Below are positions 25,419 through 37,045 of a DNA stretch of 52,456 bases, piece by piece (the stretch's first letter is position 1; every line of letters starts with the position of its first letter). The stretch covers positions 1 through 52,456 of the forward strand of contig JYFJ02002699.1 of NCBI GenBank assembly GCA_000934665.2, given 5' to 3'. A model generated the notes under the pieces. That model had not been told where the DNA came from, did no database searches, and saw only the letters and a program-made list of their open reading frames with translations. The stretch comes from Catajapyx aquilonaris (taxonomy: Eukaryota). A program made the translations under genes and the position numbers.

Positions 25419-28400
25419 TCATTCTTCGTCCGAGTCGCCATCGCTGGACGACCCTTGCACTGGTGCTGATTGGATGTAAGGGGCGGATGTAATTTGCCTG
25501 CAAGGAAGACAAAAAAATACCGCAGGTCAGTCATGAAATCATGATAAAAATTAGGCCGTAAGCATTAGGTCTTTCTCATGCAACCATAATTCGTTCAGGT
25601 TGGAGAATACATACGCTAGTCTCCTGTAATGATTCAGCCACTCCTCCACCATCTGGGCAACAAGCAACGGCCTCTTATGGAGCCTCTGCTGGGCAACCAG
25701 AATGCCGCCCTCAGTCACGCACACGTCCAGCCATTGACGCAGGATCATCTCTTCCCTGCCAAGCTGTCAAAAGACGAAATAAAATAAAATCCTGATCGCA
25801 ACTAGTGTTGTAAAGGCTGAGGGGGGAACCTGCCTTTTTGGAGAGTCCAAATACCGCAAAAATATGAAATATGAATAAATTTTTTCGATATATGACACAG
25901 CATCAACCAAGTGCAGGCGTTTTTCATAAAACACTTGGGGGAAATAATTGTGAATGCTCTCTTATTTTGTATAGGCTTTTTAGCCGGTGAAATGAATAAA
26001 AGTATCACAAAAGATTCTACCAAATCACTGCAATATGGACTCTTTTTGGCCTATCATTTGACAAAATATCCGCACGGAAAACACTGTTGATGCAGTGACT
26101 GGATCCTTCGGGGAATCTTCAAGCAAAGAACCAGAATCAAATGCAGTGTTAATATTAATAATTTGACTTTTCTGAACATAAGGACTCCATAGTGTGCATA
26201 AAAAGCCCAAAAAACTGCGAAAAAAGTAAGGAGATAAACCCTGTTTTTTCCAGCAGTCAAAATTTCCAGCTTTTTTACAACACATGATGAAAAGTTCAGC
26301 CTGATTCTAAACCAGACACTTTTCATTTGATGCGCTTATTCGTGACACATTAAAACATGTTGAAAACATTTACCAGTAAATGTAATGATAATTTAACATA
26401 GTGAAATATCTAATGAAAAATACCATCATTAACTGTGTATGTGGAAATTTCATGATACAAGTTTCTTACTTCTGCCTGGCTGAGGAAATGCACGGGGAGG
26501 ACCTTCCCGTCGTGTCCCATGAGCGGAAGGAAAGTAACTTGCATCTCCTCTCCCTGCGGATCTTTGATGGGAGCTCCTGCGCCAAGAGGATCGGCGCAAG
26601 TGTACGGCTCCATTGCCACCAGGGCTGAGAAGTGACCCCTGGTGTAACCCAGGGCCACGGGTGACCTCCAGCAAAAGCTCTGCTCCCACAGTAAGGGAAG
26701 GTAGACCCCCTCGAAGCGTGCGTATCCAAGAGCCTCCCCTCTGAAGCTCTTCACGTACTTCACCCCATACACTATTATTGGCCTGCGTAGGACATGCGCC
26801 ATTGCGAACACGTGCAGCTGCTCCAGGGATGCACCAGGTTGGCTCGCCAGCTGCAACAGGCCAGTCCAATCCTCCTCCCATTGGCTCTCCTCCAAGGTGA
26901 AATCTAGGGTCCGCGCCTGGATAGCCTCGTACTCCTTCCAGCGCGGGTAAAATGCATGGCCGGCGTCATGGAGGCTGCCAGCCAGGGCACGGCGCATCGT
27001 GTTGTCACGATCAAACACACCCCAAGTGGCCTGAGGGACAGGTTTTCCCAAATTAACACGACACATAATTTTCACCCAAATCTGATGTATTTCTAATCAA
27101 CTACTGACCTGCAAAAGAGAGTCGAGGAGGCAATCCCCAGCTGTCCTATTCCACAGAGCATACAGCCTCGATCCCAGCCTTTCCACAATCTCCAAGCTCC
27201 AGTTGACAATGGGCGACTCAACCTCCAGCTCCTTCTGTGCGTCCCTGTCTAGAAGTTCGTCATACAGCTGCTCCTGGACACGGGGAGGAAGCTCCTCGAT
27301 GTCGGCAGGAAGGGAGAAGGTGGTCAGATCCGTCACAAAGTGGCAGGGGAAGTGGCCTTTGCGCTGCCTCACCCCTGCACCCACAGCACGCCGAATGTCA
27401 CCCGCAAGGTCAGGGGCTATGTAAGATGGGACCCGCTTCACTCCAGGACCGCCACCGTCTATTTGGGAGAGAAGGGTCGCCAGCAGGTCCTGGAAGAAAC
27501 AGTGCATGTTGCAATGAACACTTCCCAAATGGCGGCACTGGAAATTACCTCTCGGTGGAAACGGATTGCAAGGTGGACCAGAGTGTGACCGGAGTCAAAT
27601 GCAGATGGCCGGTTTAGCACCGCGACCTCCGAGGAGGTGAGCTGCCTGGTGGGGTCGCCACCAGAGGTCAGGTACGCCTCGACAGGGTTTGGGTCACCAT
27701 CCACGACCCCCAGGCAAGCATTGAGCCAGGGCCAGTCCGCGTCTCTCAGCCGCCTACGCATCACCCTCAGACGCTTCTCCTGCTCGTAGTTGTTGGTGTG
27801 ATGGATCTGATTCTGATCCTCCCACTGTTCATCCGCTGTTGAGAGAGGATTAGCCGGCGGAGGTGCCACAATGACCCCTCCCTCCGCCCCTCCTACGGCC
27901 CCTCCCATCTGCCGGGACAACTGGCACATGACGCATTTGGTCGAACGTGGCCAGTTCTCATATGTGCATGCAGGGCAGGTCCACTTCAGGCTGGCGCAGG
28001 AAGAGGTCATTGGGGTCACTGTGGTTGCGCAGGAGGCAGGCATGGTAGCAGGGGTGATGGTGATGCTGGTGGTGGGAGGAGTGGCAGGAGAAGAAGAAGA
28101 GGGAGAGGGTGATGATAAGTTGCAAATGATGTGGTTGTTTTCAAGCTCCTTTGTCGTCGGCTGGAATAACAACAAAAATTTGTTAATAGCGATTCATAAT
28201 GATAATGCCTACAAATACATGTCCAAAGTTAAGTAACACAATCATTCTGCTTGTCCGCAAGGTGAATAAAAATATGCCGCCAAACATACTTTGTTATGTC
28301 CGTTACTTCCCAATGTACCAAAAGGGCAATTAGGTGAATGTATGGTCGGGATAAATCTGAAGAAATACTGGCTATAATTGCTACCTTTTGCAATTTTTTC

Positions 28401-29583
28401 GCAACGTCCCACCTCTCAGCTGTATCTCACATGTACTATCATGAGATGAGCTTATAGCATGATCGAGACATACCTTCCATTGACGTGATCGGACACACCC
28501 CATCCAGGACAATATCCGTTTGTGTTTATACATTTTGCCATTATCATTGTTCATTGCTATGCAGCTTGTTCGTAGCCATACATACCACACAATATTACAA
28601 TTTGGTTCTACCATAACCTATGTATTACTATTTTTTTTGCTGATGATAGTGATTTCACACCCTGACACTTGGTTTTGCACAATAACACGAAATAATTCAT
28701 CTCATCTCATAGGAAAACGAAAGCATCTTGGGACTTTTCTGCACATGGCACAGTCGATTTTGTTGTACAGATTTCCAAATATTGCGAAGAATCCTATTGG
28801 AAATTCCTGGCATGACTAATTAGTCTACATTGAAATCCTCAAAACATTAAATCAGCATCACTGATGAGTCTCCAATGGAGCATTAAAAAATGAGAGACTC
28901 ATCAGTGATGGTCTTTTAATGTTTTGCGGTTTACAGTGTAGCCATCAATTAGACTTCAATTAAAGATGTTATACAGCACATTCAATTCTACGGCTGGCGC
29001 TCCTCCCCAAGATTGCATCTGATATGCACTACTAATTGCCACCGAATGAACGACTTCCTCCAAAGAGCTACATTATCTACTAGCAAACTGGAGAGAAATT
29101 ATGGGGGCTCACTGGTGAATTCTGAACGAGGCTGATCCTGAGTGGCTGCAGTTCCTTGTGCAGCCCCTTAGCTGTCTCCCTCCCGTTGTTGCTGCCTGTC
29201 GTGGCAGTCTCCGCGGCGACCTTCTTCCTTGGCGACAAGCATTGGGCGCAGTGGGTTCGGTTGTGGCCGGAGGAGGACGGGTTCAGGTAGGTGCATCTGT
29301 GGCAGGCCCACTTGGATGAGGATGGAGGGAGGGGCGGAGGAGGAGGAGGAGGAGGCGGAGGAGGTGGCGGGTGAGGCGGGGACGGCGGGGTTATGAGCAG
29401 CCCTCCTCCTCCTCCTCCCAATCCCCCTCCTCCTCCGCCCCCTCCTCCGCCGCTCTCCTCCTGCTGCTGCTGCAACCGGTAAATGTCGGCCGGCTTGGAT
29501 CCCCTGCACATGGTACACTTGAGTGACGACGGCCAGTTCTGGTAGGTGCATTGTTGGCAGACCCACTTCTTGTCTTCGCTCAT
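25419..29583 (-). CDS. trabid: Ubiquitin thioesterase Trabid/ZRANB1 (3 NZF zinc fingers, AnkUBD, OTU domain); exons 29583-~29089, 28160-27549, 27489-27109, 27030-26470, 25763-25615, 25497-25419
   Basis: NZF motifs KWVCQQCTYQNWPSSLKCTMC, KWACHRCTYLN...HCAQC, KWTCPACTYENWPRSTKCVMC. AnkUBD YLTSGGDPTRQLT...GHTLVHLAIRF. OTU catalytic LWNRTAGDCLLDS and LGYTRGHFSALV. Acidic end RRLAQITSAPYIQSAPVQGSSSDGDSDEE with stop TGA 25419-25421. Confidence 0.95.
28826..28940. mobile_element. Degenerate foldback MITE in a trabid intron
   Basis: TA-CATTGAAATCCTCAAAACATTAAA...CATCACTGATGAGTCTC pairs with GAGACTCATCAGTGATG...TTTAATGTTTTGCGGTTTACAGTG-TA. Confidence 0.6.
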
Positions 29584-32500
29584 TGTTGTGGCTGGGAAGG
29601 TGGGTCTTCTTGGTAATTATGATGGGTTGAAAGGGAAGGGGGGTAAGGCCATAAAAAAATAGTGATGTAAATAAATAGCAAAATATGATGGAGGGGGTGC
29701 TGTGGGTGCTTACAGGGGAGGAGGAGGAGGGGGTTGCAGGAGGGGCAGTCAATGTCAAAGGTACGTTGGGAGGCCGACCACGTTCATTGGCACCTTGACG
29801 TGGGGCGGTGAAGGAGGAAGGTGAGGGGCGACGACCAACCACATCCGAGGTCGCCTCAGGCACCTTAAAAGAAATGCAGAAACAATCAGTTTAAACATGC
29901 AATACTAAATGCAAATCTTAAAAACTGCAACATTTTTCATTGGAGTGTAGGTTACTTCCCCATCCCCTCAATGGGACTTAACCAGAATACATTGGTTATT
30001 CTCATGTATAAAATGGCAATGCACCTTGCCTCATTATGCATGGAGTCGATCAAGTATCTGACAGGCTTTTGACATTGACATCAAAACAATTCTGACAGAA
30101 AACAACATGCATAAAATGTTGACGAACCAAATCAATACTAAGAAATTGTACCGGCAGCCCCAGTTTTATTGTGTTTCCATTAACGACCTTTCCACAATTA
30201 CCTTAAAAAATTAATAACATTGAATAGAACTAGAACAATTTTTTTTTGAAGTGCCAAGAGTTTTAATGTGAATGACATTACTTCTTGAAAACTCTATGCG
30301 ATCAGGTGTTATGACAGCACAACACTCAGATAGCCACCATTGTGCACAGCCCCCTTTCAACATACCGTTCTATTGTTGTAACTCAGACTGTAATGTGCCC
30401 CAAAAATTCCTGACACACTTCCAGGATAACTAGGAAACTGTGGACATTTTAGTGCACAATATGCGGAATTATATTCTCACCGACTTTTCTTCGAAGCTGT
30501 TGATTACAGCTCTTTTTATATTCACAGCCTGACTCGAATAAAATTAGAGGCTCAGCTGAATTAATCAAAATGACTGCAGAGTAACACGTGAACACAACAA
30601 CTGCTCCTCTTTCCGCAACTCATCCTGAATCCATCTATTGCATATCTCAGGGCATCACCGATTTAAAATCTTTTCAGAAAGTAATTCGTCACCATTTGTT
30701 TACATGTACAGATATTAACATGAGTCAACACAAATGTAGTGTCATGCAGCATGCAAAATAGCTATCCACAAAGCCTGCGCGTCTTTTTTTTGAAGTACAG
30801 ATGCATACTCTTATAATTGCATAGACAATGAACTACATTTCTGTCTGGATTATTTCTGATGCTCATACGTGACTATGATGACGACGCAGCTGTTTGAACT
30901 CTTCGAAGCGACAGCTCGCATGGCCCCTATTTCCTCCTTCGTAACAAGTCACATCTGTCATTCTTTTTCTTCAAGTGAGCAACTGAATTATTACCGTCCC
31001 GAATACTATCATCCGGAAAAACAACCAGGACATTCCAACTCACCCTGCACTGCTTTCCACTCAACTTTGAGCGTCCTAAGGACTTGTGCACGACACCAAC
31101 ACGTAACAAGTTGCATTTGATGTGCACAACTTATGCCAACTGCTGGACTCGTGCCCTACGCTTCTTTTTTTTCTTTCTTTTCTTTCTGTCTATTCCTCGC
31201 ACCCTTTTTTTTTCTCTCTCTCTCTCACAAGGGTCCATCCTTGTCCTTGGCTACTACCCGCTATTTATAAACTCCCTTCAACTTTTCACTCCCAAGGATA
31301 CTCAAGCCACAACAATACGACCCCCAAACTTTAATTGAGACGGGCCAATAGAAATCGACCCATAAATTATCCCTGCCCTCTATTGAAGTCGCATGTTAGG
31401 CTTTCAAAGCGCAACAATACTCGTAAGGTCATAGTGCGCTCTATGTAATCTCGGACTCTATTACTACAATCAAGCAACAATGCCGGTTGATCGCTGACAG
31501 TTGCTCATGTAACATCACGCTCCAGCGCATTATTGCTAATTGTAATTACACCATTATTTTTTGATAATGTGCCGATCATCGCCGACTACCCCCTTATAGT
31601 TGTTGTAATTACCAAGCGCACGTTTCTACCGAACAATTGCTTCCCACACCGGCCTGCGTCGTTACCGACAACCGTGCTGGTCCATCGCAGCATCTTCCGC
31701 TACATTCCGCAGCGACGCTCCAGCATTCCCAAACAATACAAATCCAGACAGAAATGGGCATTAATTTTTTCTCTAATCATGAACTCAACAATGGTGTGTG
31801 TGTGAGAGAGTCAGAAAGGTGGCCATTGTTGCCCCCATTTCCCCCCCCCCCTCCTCTTCCTCTCTCTCTCTCTCTTTCCCCATCCCCCCCTTCCCCACCA
31901 TTCCTTTCCACCCCAAATCATGCACAACAGTGTCACTACACGATGCACACCACACAACAATGGTAAGTGCCCCAACAATGAGGGGAGTTTAAAGAAAATC
32001 GTTCCTCACAGGAGTTCACAACAAAACCTTCAGCTGCACCAGAAAACATTACGTCACGAAGGAAAAAGGGGGGGGGGGTAAATTGAGGGGGAGGGGAGGG
32101 GGGGAGGGAAGAGAGAGAGAGAGAGAGAGAGCGCACCTGGTGGATAGAAGAGGAACTAGTGATGACAATAAGTTTTTTTTGGATAGGAATGTAGTTTAGG
32201 AGCTGTTTGGACAGATGGCGTATGTGGATGGATGTGCGCATCTGGTGGCGGATATTTGGACTACTTACTTACTTGAAGTACCCACAGTACAGTACAGTTA
32301 ACGGAACCTCTGTCAGCACGTGTCGAAGCGCAACTGTTTCGTAACCTCACATTTTTTTGGGGGGGATGCACAGCCAAAAATACATGGACGCGACCGGGTT
32401 TTCGCAACCAAAAGCGCGACAAAATCAGTACGCTAACTGAAAACAGTTGGGTTCTGTTCCGCCAGGTGGCAGCATCATCCCCCCCCTGGATAAATTTACA

Positions 32501-32643
32501 TGTGGTAGTTCCCCTGCGTCTAATTGGCTGTCAACTGTATAATCCTCGGCTGCTATTGGCTATCGGATAAGTCCCGCCAACGGTCGTGGCTTGGCCTTTC
32601 CATTGCACATGTAAACTTTCGAACATTTTCGGGCCGATCCAAG

Positions 32644-35600
32644 ATGGCGAATGTTCGGGACAGCGACACTTCTCTTTGGCTTCACAACAAGCTGGGAACA
32701 TCGAACGACTCGTGGACAGGAGGATCCATATGCTCACAGCTCAACACGGAAGTACTCAGGAAGATCAAGGAGTGCTTCGTGGACCTGCAGACGCAAGTCA
32801 AGCTCAAGCTGCTGCTTTCGTTCTTTCACATACCCAGGAGAAACGTTGAAGAGGTCAACAACACAGCTTTTTTAAAAAAAGGCTGGGAATTAATTACTTT
32901 AGAAAGTCTTTAACTAAATTCTTTATTGCAGTGGAAGGTAGAATTGGAGGAGATTCTGGAGGTGGCTTTGATGGATGGAGATCAGTGGGTGTGTATGCTT
33001 TCGGAGGTTCTCAAGACCTTTCCGAGCACGGGCAACCTGAACATGGAGATCCAGGAGCCGGAGGACAGCAGAAGAATTTTTCAGGACCTCATTAATGACC
33101 TCAAGAAGTCAGGTGTGACCACTTGGTTCATATCACTTAAAAATAAGTCGTACACATGTGCGTAAATCATGGCTTTAATGTCATTTCCTTTACGTATGGG
33201 TGCAATGAGAAAATTTAGAATTTTTCAGAACCTAATTAATTGCCTGAAGGTGTCAGGTGTGACCATTAAAAATTTGGGTTCAGATCATTTAAAAATTATG
33301 CGTTACACATGTGCGTAAATGATGCTGGATGGCGTTAATGGCAATCTATGATCATTTCCTTTAATGTATGGGTGCAATCACAAAATTGAGAATTTTTCAG
33401 GACCTAATTGCCTGAAGGTGCGACCATTTTAAATTTTGGTTCAGATCATTTAAATATTATGCATTACACATGTGCATAAATGATGTTGGATGGCTTTAAT
33501 GGCAATATATCATTTACTTTACGTTTGGGTGCAATCACACATGCTTTTTCAGGGCCTAATTAATGACCTAAAGAAGTCAGGTGTGATTATTAAAAAATTT
33601 CGTTCATATTGTACAAAAAATATGCATTACACGTACATGTGCGTAAGTCATGCTGGATTGGCTTTAATGCTAATCTTATGACCTTTTCCTTTGCTTACAG
33701 GCTCAATCACATGTTTATTAACCTGATCATGTGCAATTAACAGACTTTGCATATAACGTGAAGGTAAATAACTGATTATCATCATTTTTTCGGCAGTGAA
33801 AAAGCACTGTGAGCAAGGGATGCTTCCGACGGAGTGCCTGTACTTAAACAAAAATGCACTGATCAGCGTGGTGGGCCAGCAGGTGAGCAACCCTTTAAAT
33901 TTTGGGATGTGTTGGCAACCGTGTTTTGTTTGGAACATTTTGCTGATGAGAACCCATTTTTGTAGAGCCAACCAGCAAAGCACTTCACTCTGAAAAGGAA
34001 GCCCAAGTCGGCCGCATTACGAGCTGAGCTCTTGCAGAAGTCGGCCGAGGCTGCCACCAATCTCAAGAAGAATCTGGTCCCTACTGTTCCAGTCAGGTCT
34101 AGAGGAATGCCTAGGAAGATGACAGACACTAGTAAGTATACAGGGATGGATTAGATTTTTATCATACATTGCAAAAATGTACACGTCAACAATGATTGAA
34201 GTTGCCATGCACTTGTAACAGGACAGTATGATGTAATTATTTATTTTTTTGACAGTGCAACAAATTATTATCTTCTGTGCAAATTCTTGCTATTCTGGTG
34301 GTTCAGATAGGCATAATATGCTGGCAATGCATTTTTGTTCATACATGACATTCAGTGCGTTGCTTTTGTTGGGAAGGATTTGTGTGCAGACATTCTGGCC
34401 TGCGTAGGGAAAAATACGTGGTGGGAAAAATTTGTCAGGGATGGTTGCCATGAAAAATAATTTCAAACAAAATTCCATCACAGAAAGTTCCGAGTGTTTC
34501 CCATTGGTATGATTCCGTTGATGGAAGTCATAGTGGAGCTGGATGGTTTGGAATGTGTAGTATTCAAGGGGGAACTCAATCTCCTCTGTTGCTATGGAGA
34601 ATTCTGAGAGTAAGATTGGTGTGGGGTTCTGACCTGACTGACTTCACACTTGTTGACGAAACTAATGTCACTTGCATACGCTATCTAAATCCCGTCTAGG
34701 CAACATGTTTTCTAATCTTTGCGAAGGAGTTGGCTATACCATGCAGTGTAAAATTATGTTCACAAGCTTACAAGCCCAAGATGATAATCATGCCTTTCAC
34801 GCAGCTCCACTGAAAGGCATCCCCAGTCGTGTCCCAACGAGTGGCTTCCGCTCTTCTCCTGCATCTGGCAACGCCTTGTCACGCCCCTTATCGAGGACAC
34901 CTGCAGGCAAAAAGGAAGGTGGAGTGAAACTGTTGGACATTAACGAGCAGCCACTGGGATACGCCCAGGCCCGCAAAAGAAAGAGGCAGCAAGAACTTGA
35001 GGCTGCAGCTGCCGCTAAAAAATCGGCAGTGGAAACACCCCAGGCTGGCCAGGCCCAGACAGCAGGCCAGCAGGGGAACCAGGTGCAGCCACCAGCAACA
35101 CCAGCGCCACAACCAGGGCAAACCCCAGATTACGCTGCCGGTTTGGTACCAAGCAACCCACCTACTCCTGCTCCGGTGGTTCAAGTTTCGACACAGGCTC
35201 CAGCTGCCACTCCTGTGACTCCGCCAGTGTATGTGCCAGCATCGGCAGCACCACTTCTGCCGCCACCAACTCCAGGCAGGGTGAGCCCTGTGCAAAACAG
35301 CGTTGCTCCCACCACACCCAACACTGGGGCAGTGCAGTACGTACAAGCAACACCACCTGCTACGGTTGCAACGGTCACCATACAGACCGTGCCACAGGCA
35401 ACAACGCCAACCACATCACCAACACCCACACCCACAAGTCAGCCCACCAATGTCATCGTGCAGCAGCAACAGCAGGGTGCCCAGGTGCAAGGACCTGCAG
35501 GAAAGAAGACGTTGCAGCTCACGGTAGGGCTTCTTAACTCTATTTTCATCAGCAATGTTTTGTTTGAACTGTAGGATATCTGAGCTGTCCGGGAAAAACC

Positions 35601-36024
35601 CATTTGCTTTTGTATCAGTCACGTTTTTGAAAACATCCTGATTAAATACGTTTGTGTATTTTGCAGAGGGAACAAATGTTGGAAGCACAGAAAATGTTCA
35701 GGTCAGCCAACCGAGTCACCCGACCAGAGAAGGCTCTTATCCTTGGTTTCATGGCTGGATCGCGAGGTGCGTATATTGGCTTACTCTGTTTCACTTCAGA
35801 TCGCCATTCACACATCTCCTTTGCTCTTTTGTGTAGAAAATCCTTGCCCGCATCTGGGTAACATAGTGACCATCAAGCTTAGTGAGAATCAAGAGAATGT
35901 CCAGCAACAGGACTCGACCTTCCTCACTATGGTGGTGGAAACACACTTCCAAATGAACTATAACACAGGCGAGTGGAAAAGGATCAAGAAGTTTCGCCGC
36001 ATGGAGGAAAACACAACTGCTTAA
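32644..36024 (+). CDS. NELF-A: Negative elongation factor A; exons 32644-32853, 32932-33112, 33797-33882, 33966-34131, 34805-35523, 35667-35766, 35837-36024
   Basis: MANVRDSDTSLWLHNKLGTSNDSW...LQTQVKLKLLLSFFHIPRR; MLPTECLYLNKNAL; KHFTLKRKPKSAALRAELL; GVKLLDINEQP; C-terminal REQMLEAQKMFRSANRVTRPEKALILGFMAGSRENPCPHLG...MNYNTGEWKR. All GT-AG and in phase. Confidence 0.96.
33073..33715 (+). repeat. Four diverged tandem copies (~145-170 bp) of the NELF-A exon 2 3' end + donor + intron start
   Basis: Units begin near 33073, 33217, 33389 and 33545 with TTTTTCAG(G/A)ACCT..., followed by AGGTG(T/C)GA, TACACATGTGC(G/A)TAA, GGCTTTAATG and TATGGGTGCAAT. Confidence 0.85.
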
Positions 36025-37045
36025 TTATTGAACATTACAAAAATGAAAAATGTTTCATGCAGTGTATGCCAATACCTACATATGACCGTACAATTTTCTT
36101 TTCGCATTCACGCAAGAATGCAAACTCTTTCTGTCTTCTGTCTGTAAATAAAATATTTTTCTAATTGACTCCCCCTCCTACTACTCCTGCAAACCACATA
36201 CATCACCTTATGTGCTTTAAGACAAAAAGAAGGACAAAAAAAAAACGTTAGGTGCCAGTACTTTTTTTTTGTTTGTATTTGTTTACAATTACCTAACAAG
36301 GTTGTGAATTTTCATTTGCAGATTTTTATCGGTCTTGCGTTCAATAAATAAATAGTTTATTGCGACATGCCTTTTGTTCCTGAGCATTGAAAGTATAGCT
36401 AAGCAACCGGGAGCCAATTTTTCAGAATATATTTTTGCGAAGTGCGTCTGCGCTATTGTCGACCCGTCTAGCCCCCTACCACCCTCTCTTCACACACGCC
36501 TTTTGAAGGAGAAGAATTGAATTGGGAGGGGGTATTGATGCCTTTTATCGGCCCTGCAAGCCCTGCACCTGCTCCACTGAGATTAGAAGCTTAATTGGGC
36601 GGGAAGGCTCTCCTTTTTTTTTGTTATATTCCTGGTTGGGCAGGAGGATGCCTTCCCCCCCCCCAAAAAAAAACAAGGTCCGATACTAAAAAGCCATATA
36701 AAAATATTTATCAAATAATCCCGAGAGCACACTTTTTTGCAATTACAAAAGATTCGCACTGTGATGTATTACAGCAGGTTCTGGAATTGGTTTTGGAGTA
36801 TCTGGGACATAAATAATGGTTTATCCGATCCGTTGGCGAATGGAGAGGGGGGGAAGAGTTTAGATCCGCGCAAGTGCGAGGGATGCAACAAGTGAAAATG
36901 CTGTAGTGTGTTTCCTCCAACCCAACGGATTACTCACAAAAAGGGGTCGCTTCCCCCCGGATGAATTTGGCCCGTCTCTTAAATCCGGAAGGGGAAAAAA
37001 AAGCTGTGTAGTGTTTGCAAATTTTGATTAACAAATTCGCACAAA

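Noticed and set aside
25551..25614. ORF-track C-terminus of Trabid (...YVFSNLNELWLHEKDLMLTA)
   Set aside because: Read-through into an intron; a GT donor at 25614 and exon 25497-25419 give the expected acidic SSDGDSDEE end.
33073..33715. Spaced repeats as a CRISPR-like array
   Set aside because: Eukaryotic intron; whole units are homologous with no unique spacers.
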